Source of the DNA: Psammoneis japonica
Taxonomy: Eukaryota
Length of the DNA stretch: 64,000 nt
Direction: 5' to 3'
Assembly: GCA_008632985.1 (NCBI GenBank)
Contig: QPGO01000047.1
Location: 422,212-486,211 of the forward strand
The notes under the pieces were generated by a model, which did no database searches, was not told the DNA's origin, and saw only the letters and a list, made by a program, of their open reading frames with translations. Position 1 is the first letter of the stretch; every line of letters begins with the position of its first letter. This document shows, piece after piece, positions 37,650 through 50,121 of this stretch. The position numbers and the translations under genes were made by a program.

Positions 37650-40600
37650 GATCTGCAACATCTCAACATGGAGCAGTGCAGATCAAACCAAAGAACAGGG
37701 ATGATGTGAGGAAAAAACAGAGAGACTGGACACAGGACACGATAAGTGTCCATGCCCAACATGCAATCAAACAAAGGGGCAATGCGCAGCAGGGAGGCCA
37801 CCGCGGAAAAAAATGTCAACAGCAGTGTCCCATCATGCGTCGAGCGTGGCGAGCGTGTGGCACCCAGCCAAGAGCCTTGGCAAGGTCATCGCCAGGGTTG
37901 ACAATGCCAGGGATGTGTCTTGTGACAATCTTGCCCGTGTCCTTCCATTCTTGGATCGCAAAAAACTGGATCTCAATGTGACGGGAGCGCTCGGTCGGGA
38001 TCGAATGGTTGATGATCTTGATCGCCGATTCGTCGTCAATGTGTGACGGGGTTGGCATCGTCTGAGGGAAGCCCAGGTCTTGCAGGACATGACAAAGGTA
38101 AAGGACATGCTTGGCAGCAGTGCCAGCTGCACAGAATTCAGCTTCTGTGGAACTCGCAGCTGTCACCGATTGGGTCTTACATCGAAAAGACACAGCAGCA
38201 CCAGCCAATGTGCAAGCACAGCCAGTCGTAGAGCGACGGTTGCGGAGGTCATTGCCACACGCAGCATCCAAGAAAGCAACAAGTTGATGATCACATTCAG
38301 GACAAGGGAACGGTGGTAAGGTTGGGTCCGGAGTGAGACATTCAAAGGGGCAGGCGGGTGGTTTCGGGTCTCGGGCAGGCTTCTTGCAGTTCAATTCCCA
38401 ATGTTTGGTGCGGCGAAGGCACTTGCATGTTCCCTTGAGCGCGTCACAGTGAACCACAGCGGGGCAAGTAGAGAACTTGGATAGAGCAGTGACACCATGC
38501 CCAACATCCAATTGACAGACAACGCGTGCATGCAACAATTCACCAAGTGGAGTGCGGCACCCGAATCCAGCAGCTTGTTGCAACTCCGCATGCTCTGGGG
38601 TTCCTTCAGCTGGACCAATGGCAGTGCACAGTTCGCGAACAGAGTCGACCGGGAGAGGTGCAGCCTTGCAGTCATCAGCAAGTTCCTCGTCCGTTGGTGT
38701 GACCAACCATGCGAGGCACAAACCCGATCTGTGTGGCTGTGAACAGCAATGCCAATGGAGTCATCATGTTGATGAACATCCACACCATTGAACTCTTCAA
38801 TCATGCCAAGATGCTTGAAGGGCGGAGAAGATTCCGATTCCAATTGGAGGGCCTTGCCAATCTTGTCGTAGATCTTGATCGCAACAGATTCTTCAGGACA
38901 AGCGAGGGAGAAATCGTCAACCTGACGAAGGAGCAACACCTTGTGTCCTTCAAAGGCAGCAGAACAAATGCATTTGTCATGAGCAGTGTTGCGAAAGAGC
39001 AGGGTCACATCGGATAAAATGCCGTTGATGTGTGTCTCCCAGAGCACGCCGGCTTCTGGGTGTCCTTGAAGTGCATGTTGCATCGGAAGCACCATGCTCC
39101 TGTCCAAATCAACACCAAAACGAGCCTTGCACCATGCAGCACAGGCTTATCTGCAGCAATGTAGACAGGGTGTGACGGCCGTGGAGAATGTGCACAGGCG
39201 TCACGAGCATCACCACCAAACACAGGATAGCTCATGGTTGCAGCAAGAGCAAAAAACATCCGTTGGACGGTTGTTTGACACAGGAGGAGCAGGTCGAGTG
39301 CAGGCGATGTAGAATCGACACAGCACGGGGAGATCCATCACAACATTGTCGGGAGCGCCGTGCACCATCATGCTTGAGGTCACATTGCCAATGTGGACGA
39401 AGTGCGACAGCATCCTTGGGTCTTTAATCGGTGCACCAAACATCCCCAACTCATGAAACTGGTCGAGTTGCTTGAATTCACCTGCATGCCATTCGGGCCA
39501 CGCATCCAACTTCTTGAGACGATGGCGAGTGAAAGCACCCAAGGCTTGTTCCTCCGGAGCAATGGCGTGAGATGAGACAGCACAGATGTTTGCTGTGCCA
39601 TTGTCACAATCGACACAGAATGGCGGAGGGACATCATTGTCGTCCGCATCGGAGAAATCAATGTCAAGGTGACGGATGGCTGCAATGGCACGTGTGTGGT
39701 GTTGGTGATTTCCGGGACGTGCTCATCATCAGGATCAGGAGTCGGAGTGTGTGTGTTGTGTTCCATCAGAGCACGTTGCAGAGCTTGAGAGTCCAATCGA
39801 CGTTCCGGCGCAAATTCGATTTCAAAATGAGTCTTGCCGGAATCACATGCCTGTTGAAACCGTTTGACAGCCTCCTCTGCCGTGAAGACAGGATGATGAT
39901 CGATCGATGCCACGCACGCACCCTTGATCTTGTTGCAAGTTGCCTTCAAAGAAGAGAAAAGACGCGCAGCAGGAGAACCACATTTGACATCAGATGCAAA
40001 AACTCGTTGACAGAGTTCATCCGTAGCCAAAGAAAGTCCAAACGTCAGATCAGGAAACGGTCCCTTCATCGTGCGCGCAATGGTCTTGGCAAAAGGATTC
40101 CCATGAAAGTGGAACTCATCAATTGTGGATTCTTCATTCTTGGCAGGCAGAGGTTTGCCATCCTGAGTGCGCTCCAAGTGAACCACATTCGGAGGAACAG
40201 AATCACGGGATGGGTCGTTCATGCCCTCATCGAAGCGAATGTGCTTGGCAAGCTTGACACGGGAAGTCTCAGTGTCACACCAGAGCATGTTCTTGGCAGT
40301 GTCCGGGAGATGGCCCAAGAAAATGCCTTTGCGAGATGCCGATCGAAATTTGGCAGGGCGATGATTCAAAGCACGCACCCAAACTCGACAACCAAACATT
40401 CGGAAGTTCTTGAAATCATCCTTTCGACCAGTGGCAAGAGCAATCGGAGCAGCAGTTTGTCCACGGGATGGCAAGGCGTTGTTGATCCAAATGAAGTGAT
40501 GGAAAGCACACGGCCAGAATTTCATGGGCAAATCGGCACCAATGAGCATCGCCCGAATGGCATCAGCAACAGTCAAGTGACTGCGTTCCACTGGGCCACT

Positions 40601-43600
40601 CTGATTTGACGCATCTTTTCCCGCAGGACGAATTGCACAGTGAAAGTCATCCTTGAAAAGTCACCGAACCTCTGGATTTTGATGCAATTCACCTCCTTGA
40701 TCCACAAACACATGTTTGTTGGGACATTTTGGCGAGTGCTCTTCCAGAAAGTGGCAAAGCCAATTCAAAGGGGTTGCCTTGGAGACACGAGTCGCACCAT
40801 GGAGACGCTTCGTTTTATGATCGTAAACAGTGATCCAACAAGTCTCGCCATTCAGTCCTGCAAAGTCTTTGGCACGTTCCAAGTTCTTGGAGCGCAGGCC
40901 AGAAAAAGAGAAATCAATCGCAAGGCCTTGGTGGGGTTGGGTGGCAGCAAGAGTGGTGTTCGGACCGGCAGGTTCCTTCGTCTGCTTTGCTCGTATGCAT
41001 GCAGGACAAGTGTCAAGGGGAGAGGTTCCGTGAGCAAACTTGGGGACACCGTCCACACACTTGTGGGCATTGTAAAGGCATTGATCACTCGGGTGACCAA
41101 GTGCTGATGCCATAAAAGACGTTCCGTGTCGGCCTTGAGAGACTGGACTGGGACATTCTTCTCAGCACACTTCTCGAAAGGAACATCTTGATGTGCTCGG
41201 GGGATCAACTTGCATTCATCACGAAGAGCTTCATGTTGATGGGTGCGACAAGTCTCAATCACACACGCAGAGACCGCTTCACACTCATTGGCAAAAGAAG
41301 GGTCACTGGTCTTGAGGCGCTTGACAGATGCATCCAATTCGTCGTTAGTTTCCGGGAGGATGAGGGGGTGAGCAAAACATTTTCCTTTGATCAACTTCCC
41401 ATGAATGATGATGTCCTGACTCTTGCGCAGTTGGTGGCATGCAACGAACTTGCAGGTGCCAAGATCATGGAACTTGAGGATACAGTCAACATTGCAATCC
41501 GCACGACGAGCACCATTTTGACGAAGGAGGAGTCGTTCATCGACCAATGTAGATTGAATCTGCGGGTGGTGGCATGTGCGAACGTCAACATGCCCAACAG
41601 AGTTCTCTGCAGGAATCCGCAGGTGTCCGAATCCAACTGGGACAGCTTGATGGCCAAGTGCGAGATTGACAGCAAGGGGACAGGGATTGGACGGGGTGAA
41701 TTCTTGGTGTCGATGAAGAAGGTCACGGTCGCCTGTGCATGCAATGTCAGCACCAGTGTCCAACTGAGCACATCGCTCATTGGGAGCAAAATTGACTCCA
41801 TTGATGGAGCAAGTAGAGTGCAGCAGTTCCGGCTCAAAAGACTGGGTGGCTTGGCATGGGTCGATCGGAGCAACACAAACAGAGTTGACGGCAGCAAATC
41901 CATCCTCAACAGCCATGTCATCGTAGGCAAGGTCAATGCATTCTTCAAAATCCGGCATTTCTGAGTCTTCCCTCCCCTGTTCCGAAGAATCCGGAGCAGG
42001 AGCAGCATCAACGGTGTCGTCTTGAGGAGCAGGGTCATCGTCGGGCAATTTGCTGGTGTCGAATGACACCCTCTTGGCAGCGGCAGGGGTGGCATTCATG
42101 TCAATCTGCAAAGAAAGAGGCATTTCAGCGGTGGATGACGAGACGGTTAGTCCCTCTTTCAAAGTCATCCCGCTGACATTAGTGGTGTTTTGGTGAGGAG
42201 AAAACGGGCAGCGTTGGAGGTCCAGAAACTAGCTGCGATGGCCCAATTGAAAATCCGAGGGCGCAGCACCAGATTTGTTTGAATTTTCAGGGTTTTCATG
42301 ATGAGGGGGAAGCAGTCCTTGGGGTCCTTGGAACTCAGAAGCACGCATGGCCGCTTCCCTCTTCAAGAATTGACAAAAGCGGATGTGGAATCCTTTGATG
42401 TACGGGTTGTTCTTCAAGACTGGGCAGTCGTCAAACAAGTGTTCACCGGAGCAGACGAGACATGGTTTCTTGGAGGCTTCGTTCAGAGCAACCTTCAGTT
42501 TGTAGACTGAAGCCAAATGGACATGATGGAGAAGGCGGTCTTCGTCTGTGGAAGGCAACTCGATTTCATGCAACTCGTCGCAAAAAGCATCAAAGGTCTC
42601 CAAAGGTGTGGATTCCGACCAGCATCTTCAGCGGCAGAGTCATCAATGGGTTCAAGTGATGGGATCTCAGGGATCTGGAGAGCATTGACATCAACAGCTG
42701 TGTGTCGCGCATCCTCATTTGCTTGGTTCCATTTACGGCAGGGATTGGATGGCGTTGTGCAAGTGGCAAGGGATGGGCTGTCCGATTGGCGGAGGAAATC
42801 AGAGAGAGTCTCAACAATCTGTGCATCAGTGTGCTTCTTCTGCAAAGTTGGAGACTTCCGTTCATCTCTGGCAGCACAAGATAAGAACTTGGAACACTTG
42901 GTGTTCTTGACAAAGATGGTCATCTCTCGTGGATCACTCAATGTAGAGTCTGCATTGAACATGCAGGCACGCAGCTGCAGGAAATCATTGAAGATCATGT
43001 GGCAGTCCGTCAATGATCGATTGCCTTGGGTGGGACAGGAATCAACCAGTCCTGGAGCATCGTGGTCAAAAGCAGGGTGGTTCTCACAGATGATCTGTTT
43101 GAGAGCCTTGCATCCATTGCCGCAGCATGATGCAACAATCCGATGATGCTTGCTGTTCTTGGGGAACATGTCCGGCTTGGACAGAATCTTGTGGAGAGAG
43201 CTTTGGGCTTCCTTGCAGTGGACGGGTGAGTTGTCATCCTTGCCGTTTCCGATCTCGAAACCTTTCTCACCACCGTGGTCCTTGGAAAAACACCACAATG
43301 GATGCATGTGGCATCCAGAATCAAAGGCATGGCGTTGGAAATTTTGGCACCATGCGCGCATCCCAGGAGGAGAGTCATCATGGCATGCAGGAGGTTCCCT
43401 GAACAACATTTTCTGATCAGGGGTCGAGCTCATGATGAAAAGGGCACCATCATTGAGGATGATGCAATCGGATGCATCAACACAGTGACGGAATCCGTGA
43501 TCGCAGGGGACGAGAGAGCCTTGAGGGTGACTTTGCCTTCTTCTTTGCGGTCACGGCATTCACGAACATCTGCAGGCAATGTGTTTGGATTGAAGAGGCA

Positions 43601-46600
43601 TTTTGACGCAACGGAGGATGCAGTGCTTCCAGGGGATTTGGCAGAAACTGCAGAGGGCGGAGCGTGGCTCGACGCATGTGTGTTGAGTTTGTTGACCAAG
43701 TCGTTCACACTCACTGTGGCAGATCCTGTGGGTTTCTGAGCAGGAGACGGAGGCTGCGGTTTCTGCTGGCAGGGTGTGAGAGAGAATTCGTTCCAGTTGC
43801 GATAATTCCACACCATGTCCAGATCAACACGCACATGTTGGGCAGATGTGGCAATGAACAAACATTGTTCACCGTTCTGAAGGTTTGTCTTGATCGTCTT
43901 TGACAAGGTTGGAGTCGTCAAGCGGACTGGACGAGGCCTTTGAGGGTCAACAAGTTGGAACGGGGCTTGATCCACAATCGTCTTGATTGATTCTGTGTCT
44001 GTGGGATCAGGTGTGTGAGGTGGGAACGCTTCGTAGATGAAGCAATCGCGAAGCATGTCCGCAAAATCTTTCTTGGGTTGCATGTGCTCTGGATCGTCAA
44101 AAAATCGATTGAGATCGGTTGTGGAGTCCGCACAAACCGCACTCAGGCAGTTGTGGAGATGTAATGTCGTTGCACGTGCCTCAAATTCACAGCAGATCTC
44201 TGCAATTGACGGAAGAGCGGGCTTTGTGGGGTCGGAAGACGCCATGGTTTTAGTTGGTTGAGCCATTTTTGGTCATGCGCGCGCAGAAATCTGGTGTGTT
44301 TCTACGGTCGTGAAAAATGCCGGGAAAGCGAGACAAAAAGTTGTCGGATCAGACGATGAGGCTCGCTCGATCGGCTCACAAAACAGTGGGTCGAAATGGA
44401 AGCTTGGCGCAGAGGTCTGTGGCACAGCGCAAGGCCACAACCTGACAGAGTGCCGAAGGCATGAGGTGACGATGGTCTGAAGACTCCCCAAAGCACCAGG
44501 ACTGTGATGACACGAGTGCCAGCAAGAAAAGAGTGAGAAGCAGATCTCAGAGAGATCTGCTCGTCTGTCCAAATGGTCTGTCCATCATCCGCATCCAGTC
44601 TGTCCATCACCTGACAGAGTGCCGAAGGTGTGAGGTGACGATGGTCTAAAGACTCCCTGAAGCACCAGGACTGTGATGACACGAGTGCCAGCAAGAAAAG
44701 AGTGAGAAGCAGATCTCAGAGAGATCTGCTCGTCCATCTAAATGGTCCAGCCGTCATCCGCACCCAGTCTGTCCATCATGCGACAGGTGTGGACAGGCTG
44801 ACAGACGGAGGCGACAGCTTGTTGGATGCGGCAGCTCAACTGACGCGTTGCGAAGAGAGGTTGTTGTGGAGAGGAATGTCTCCTGTCTCGATGACAACGT
44901 GGTTTCATGGGGACCACGAAAAGACTGTCACAGTTCTCAGAGAGAGAGTCCAAGACATTGCAAAGCAAGTCCTTGGCTTGCAGGACGCATCGTCAAGCGA
45001 AAAGGAAAAGTGCACCTGATCCATTCTGCGGAAGTGAAAATTGAATTGGCCATGCCTTCTGCACTCTGCACAATGCATCAATGGGAATTAATGGGGTGCC
45101 GATGCTGGTGGCAATGCGCATCGAAACAACCATCATGCAACAAGAAGAGGCTTTGGGCAGAAGGGAGTTCAAGTTCAATGCATTGGCTGGGCTCATCTTT
45201 GCCATCTTATGAGGTGTCATCACAACCAAGTTTTTGCTCCTCAAATTCAAAGTCACTGCATCTTCTTGGACAAAAGCGCGATGAAGCAAATCAAAGATTC
45301 AGCCGTGAGGGGCACCTCTCTCCCTTTTGTGTTGACCAACAACGTTCTCACCAGTTGCTTTTTCCAGAACTCAGATTGCCAGCATGGTCCAATGGCAATC
45401 AATTTCAGGAATTGTCTCAAAGGACATGAAGACATCCATGCAGGCAACTGCGAGAGTGTCCTCTGCATTTCCGTGTGCCACAGGACACAACAACCCCTGC
45501 ACTCATTCAAAGATCTCTGTCAAGCTTGAAGCGAGTCGCAACAAAGTCCGAACCACCTTGTAGCATGGAAATGTTTGCAGCAAACATCTCCTTGATTTCC
45601 AACTGGGCCTCTTTTGTGGATGCCAGAAATGTCCATCTTGTTCCTGGCTGTGTGGAGGAGTTGCATCTTCCATTGTTTGACGTTGGTTCTTTGCTGCTGT
45701 CTACTCTGGCGCTCTGTGTCATCTTCCAAACCAGATCAATTCAGCTGGGTGTCCTTCTGACGGGGACTTCTGCGCATGAATGTCAAAACTCTTGGATGCA
45801 CCCTTTCTAGTGGGTCCTTTGTCATTGCAGAGGAAGAATGAACAACTTGTTTCACAATGTCGGCACGTTGAAATGGCATGTGAAGTCCAATCGCATGCTC
45901 GTTGCGACCACACAAATGAACAACAGCAACAACGCCAACATTGTGGGGCTGCCTGCTCAAGCACCTCCGCGAATTCCATCAAGACACCAAAACAAAACCA
46001 GAAATCTGTTTTACCGCTGCCTTGCTGCCGCCCACACCAACACCGACCACAGCAGACCCACGTTCCCCAGTGCCCACAAAGGGCGGCAGGGACAATTGAA
46101 GCACTGTCAAACATTGTCAGAAAGACAATGCCATTGACACATTGTCCAAAGGCAATGCCGTCAATGCATCATCAGAAAGAGGCTGTTTGTTTTAAGTCAG
46201 AACAGTGACTGACCGGATGCTTGTTACACGGCAACCACAGTTGCTGTGCCTCGAAGAATGGACAAGCCCAGCCACACCACTTGGGAGACACCAAAACAAA
46301 CACTGCAGAAAACTAAACACGTGTCTGTCTCCGAAGACAGTGTGCTTGAAGCGAATGTGAGAGAAATTCCTGGGATGAAAAACACCAAAGAAAGTCCAAC
46401 ACAGACCCCGATGAAGGAAAGGAAATGATGATCGGAGTTGTTGGATGAAATTTCTGTCATGCGCAGAATTGCACAGAAATTGTGCACTGAAGCTGCAATG
46501 TCGAAGAGCAAGAGGAGCAACATCGAGACTTGGAAATGCCAACCACCTGGAAGACTTGTGGCGACCCACTTTGGAATGCCGTAGAATGTCCATCATGAAT

Positions 46601-49527
46601 TGCAGTGCATTGGAAAGAAAACTCAAAGGAAGCACGTTGGTGAGAAGAACAAGAGGATGAACCTGACACGGTCGTTGACTCAAAATTCTGGCCAAATGCG
46701 TGGAATTGTACATGGAATTTGTGCTGAAAGAACTGACTTGGAAAATTGCTGAATCACGCAGGATTTAACGTGGAAAACATGCTGACATCAGGAAAGAAAA
46801 TGCAAAGAGATGCAACACCATGGCGGCACCGCTCCCCCAAATGTAGACACAACAGAGCATCCCCTCCAACACCGTTTGGTTTCTCTGTCATTGGCGCAAC
46901 TGCCTGACGTCCCAAAGTGCCCAAGGAGGTTGGCATGCCACCACACTCTCACACGGGACAATCCCACTGGCGCTTGCGCAGAATTGTCCATCAAGACACC
47001 AAGCTGCGCCAATTGACAACAAGCAGTGGCATTTCCTCCCTTCTCTCTGATTGAAGGTCGCAAACAGTGTTCTCATCGTGTTCATGCGCATGGCTTTCGT
47101 CAAACTCTGTTGCTCTCACCTCTTGCCCTTGAGTTTTGCCCACCACTCATCATTCTGATTCCATTTCGACTGCTCGTCTTGCATTGCTGATCGGTGTGTT
47201 TCGGACCATCATGAGTCAACCAATCGCAGAAGCGATTGCTTGCGCTTCCTGCGAGCAAAAAATGAAAGCCATTGCACAGTCTCACCAGTTCATGAGACAG
47301 CATGGCATGCAGCCAATGTCCCTTTCCTCATGAACACACCCTCTCTTGACATCTGCCATGCAGTCGCATCAGTCAACGGGATTCCAGACTGTGCACTCTA
47401 GCTCCAGAGCAGAGTGGGAGCTCCAATGTCTTTCAACTGCTTGAAGCACAGTTTTGCCTCCCAGCATCAAACAGAAACAAAGTTGCAACAAAATCCAGAA
47501 ATCAATTGGCACACTCTTCCACAATCAAGCTTTCTGCAGCAATCAAGGTTTTGCAAGTGTGGCGCTGTTCTGATTTGTCCTCTCGATGCAGCATCGTCAA
47601 TCCAAAGTGCTTCTAGAGAGACGGATCTGCACACCAGCTCTCACTCCAAGCAAGAGCAAGATTTCAGGAGTCTGCATGTGGAAAACAAAAAAAATTCTCC
47701 TCCTTGTCATTCATCAAGCAAAGATTGGAGCACCCAAAAGAGCACTTGCGGCAAAGATTCCTCCGGCAAACAGAGACATGCCTCCACAAACATTGGTCAA
47801 GAAAAACATGATTCTAACTGCCTTTGGTTTGCTGCACTGCAACCGTGTCTGCACACCAATCACACCTTGTTCAAAGTGCCATGCCATGTGCCATGTTTTG
47901 ATGGCAAAAGCTTGTTCGCAAGTCAGAGACAACGCAAAAATCACACGGGCATCATTTCATTTGTGCGCGCATTTTGGTTCACGTGCAGCGCTGGAACACA
48001 ATGTCAGCTCTCAGAAGAAGCGTCTCCTGTTCAGAGCTTCAAAATGAAGGCGGCATTGTGTTGCAGCCACTCACATTTTGCAGTTCATCAAGAGTTGGTT
48101 GCAAGTTGCAAGACTTGAAGAAAACTGGCTCTTTTTTTTGAGCGGTGCTGTGGATCACAATGCTTGGCTCTCATCAGACTCTTGTTGGTCTTGTCTTGGT
48201 GGGCAGAAAATGGGCTGCATCAGAGATCCAAAACTGGCTGCAATGGCCCAATTGAAAATCCAGAGATGGAGCTCCTGATTTAGACGGATTGTCAGGGTGT
48301 TCCTGATGGGGCGGCAATGAACCTTGGGGTCCTTGGAATTCAGAAGCATGCAGCACAGCTGCTTCCCCCTTCAAGAATTGACAAAAACGTGTGTGAAAAC
48401 CCTTGATGCATGGACTGTTGTTCAAGACAGGACACTCATGATGAAATGATGAGTGACCATCAGAGCAGACAATGCAAGGTTTCTTGGAGGCTCAGTTCCA
48501 AGCAACTTTCAGTTTGCACACCGAAGCCGAGTGTGCATGATGGAGAAGGCGGTCTTCATCCGCAGAAGGTGCCTCAAGTTCATCCAATTCAGCACAAGAG
48601 GACCAAAGGCATCTGGGGATGGAGCATCTGCACCAGCATCTTCAGGTGTCTTGTTGTCATCCTCTTCAATGGGAGGGATGCCTGGGACAGTCCAAGGCAT
48701 TGACATCAACAGTCGTGTGACACGTGTCCTCAGCTGGTCGACCCCATTTACGGTGTGGATTGTGAGGGTCAGCACAAGTTGCAACTGATGGACCATCCAG
48801 TTGACAAAGGAAGTCAGAAAGGGTCTCAACAATCTGAGCATCCGTGTGCCTCTTGAGCACAGCTGGAGATTTCCGCTCATCTCTGGTGGCACGGGATGAG
48901 AACTTGGAGCATTTGGTGTTCTTGACAAAGATGGTCCTCTCTCCAGCGGATCATCTCTGACGTAGAGTCTGCATCAAAGACATGAGCACGTAGCTGCAGA
49001 AAGTCATTGAAGATCATGTGGCAGTCCGTCAATGACTGATGGCCTTGTGTGGGACAGGAACCAACTGGTCCAGCAGCCTCGTGGTCAAGTGCTGGATGAT
49101 TCTTGCAGATGATCTGCTTGAGAGCCTTGCATCCGTTGCTGCAGCATGAGGCAACAATTTGATGACATTTGCTGTTCTTGGGGAACACGTCCAACTTGGA
49201 TGGGATCTTGTGAAGAGAACTCTGAGCTTCCTTGCAATGGACATGCATTCATTGAGGCAAGTCACATCTTTGGCATTGCCAATCTCGAAGCCCTTCTCAT
49301 CACCACCGTGATCCTCAGTGAAACACCACAAGGGATGTGTGCAGCATTCTGAATCAAAAGCGTGACGTTGAAAGTTTTGGTGCCAAGCCTGCATCCCAGC
49401 AGGAGAATCATCATGACAGACAGGAGGTTCCCTCAACAACATTTTCTGGTCGGGAGTCAAGCTCATGACAAAAAGAGTGCCATCACTGAGAATGATGCAA
49501 TCAGATGCATCAATGCAATGACGGAAT
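37650..49527. other. TpA-depleted domain 3
   Basis: Roughly 40 TA remain in the ~7.1-kb copia body (hand count). Depletion continues past the 5' LTR and stops abruptly at ...GACGGAATC|TAGGG. Confidence 0.92.
44443..44803 (-). repeat. 5' LTR (44612-44803) plus a tandem partial LTR copy (44443-44610); PBS-like GGTTGTGGCC at 44442-44433
   Basis: TGACAGAGTGCCGAAGG starts at both 44443 and 44612 (period 169 bp). The PBS resembles the copia GGTTATGG tRNA-iMet-type site with TA->TG. Confidence 0.9.
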
Positions 49528-49528
49528 C
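48215..49528 (-). mobile_element. Second, more decayed gag-region fragment of the same copia family
   Basis: Colinear with ~42215-43495 (TPDQKMLLREPP, QNFQRHAFDS, LTDCHMIFNDFLQLRA, DFQLGH), with more frameshifts and fewer CG. Confidence 0.92.
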
Positions 49529-50121
49529 TAGGGCCCTCTACCGGCATCTGCTCTCTACTCTAGAGCTAGCTAGGTACGAGTAGGGAGTCGATGGAAAGTC
49601 TGTGAGCACCACATAATCCTTGGTCGATCAGCACGATGATGTTGTGAGGAGTTGATCGTATGGTGGCGGGAAGGGACTGAAGTATATAAGATACATAGAT
49701 AATACATGCTCTAATCCATAATGTTTTCGCTGCCTGACACACATTTTTTTTGCTCACGAAGAAAAATCGCAGTCGGAGTCAACGAGGTCGATAGGAAGAG
49801 GATCACGAGACGACGGGAAAACAAGCGATTCCATTTGTCGATTCATAGCACATACAAAGTTGGAGTCATGGCGAAGCTTCTCCAACTTCTTCTCCTACAA
49901 TAAAGCGCACACTAGCCGTTTTGATTATCGTTGCTTTGCTCATTATTTGGCATTGTACAAAAACAAGTCATGGGTTTAACAAACAACACCAACAAGGCCG
50001 AACCAGCGTCGGCTACAATAGACACAAGAGAGATCATTTTAGAGGAAGAGACCATGCTTATTCACGAGATTCCGTTCGATGAGTTGTCGGAAATGGGTGA
50101 AGTCAAGAAAGTAAAGGCGAG

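Larger units (their letters stand above)
37449..44803 (-). mobile_element. Full-length Ty1/copia (CoDi-like) LTR retrotransposon, TpA-hypermutated, 5-bp TSD GACGG
   Basis: 192-bp TG...CA LTRs at both ends and GACGG at 37444-37448 and 44804-44808. Order is gag-like (44266-42229), protease LDTGA (~41760), HHCC zinc finger and DDE integrase (41113-39400), RT LQGHPEAG/RQVDD, and RNase H FLDAACGND/SSTEAEF/RSRHIEI ending at 37816. Confidence 0.96.

Noticed and set aside
37449..44803. CpG deamination or classical RIP as the sole cause of the TG/CA excess
   Set aside because: CG remains abundant in this element, RIP would raise TA, and conserved-Tyr and paralog evidence indicate TA is ancestral.
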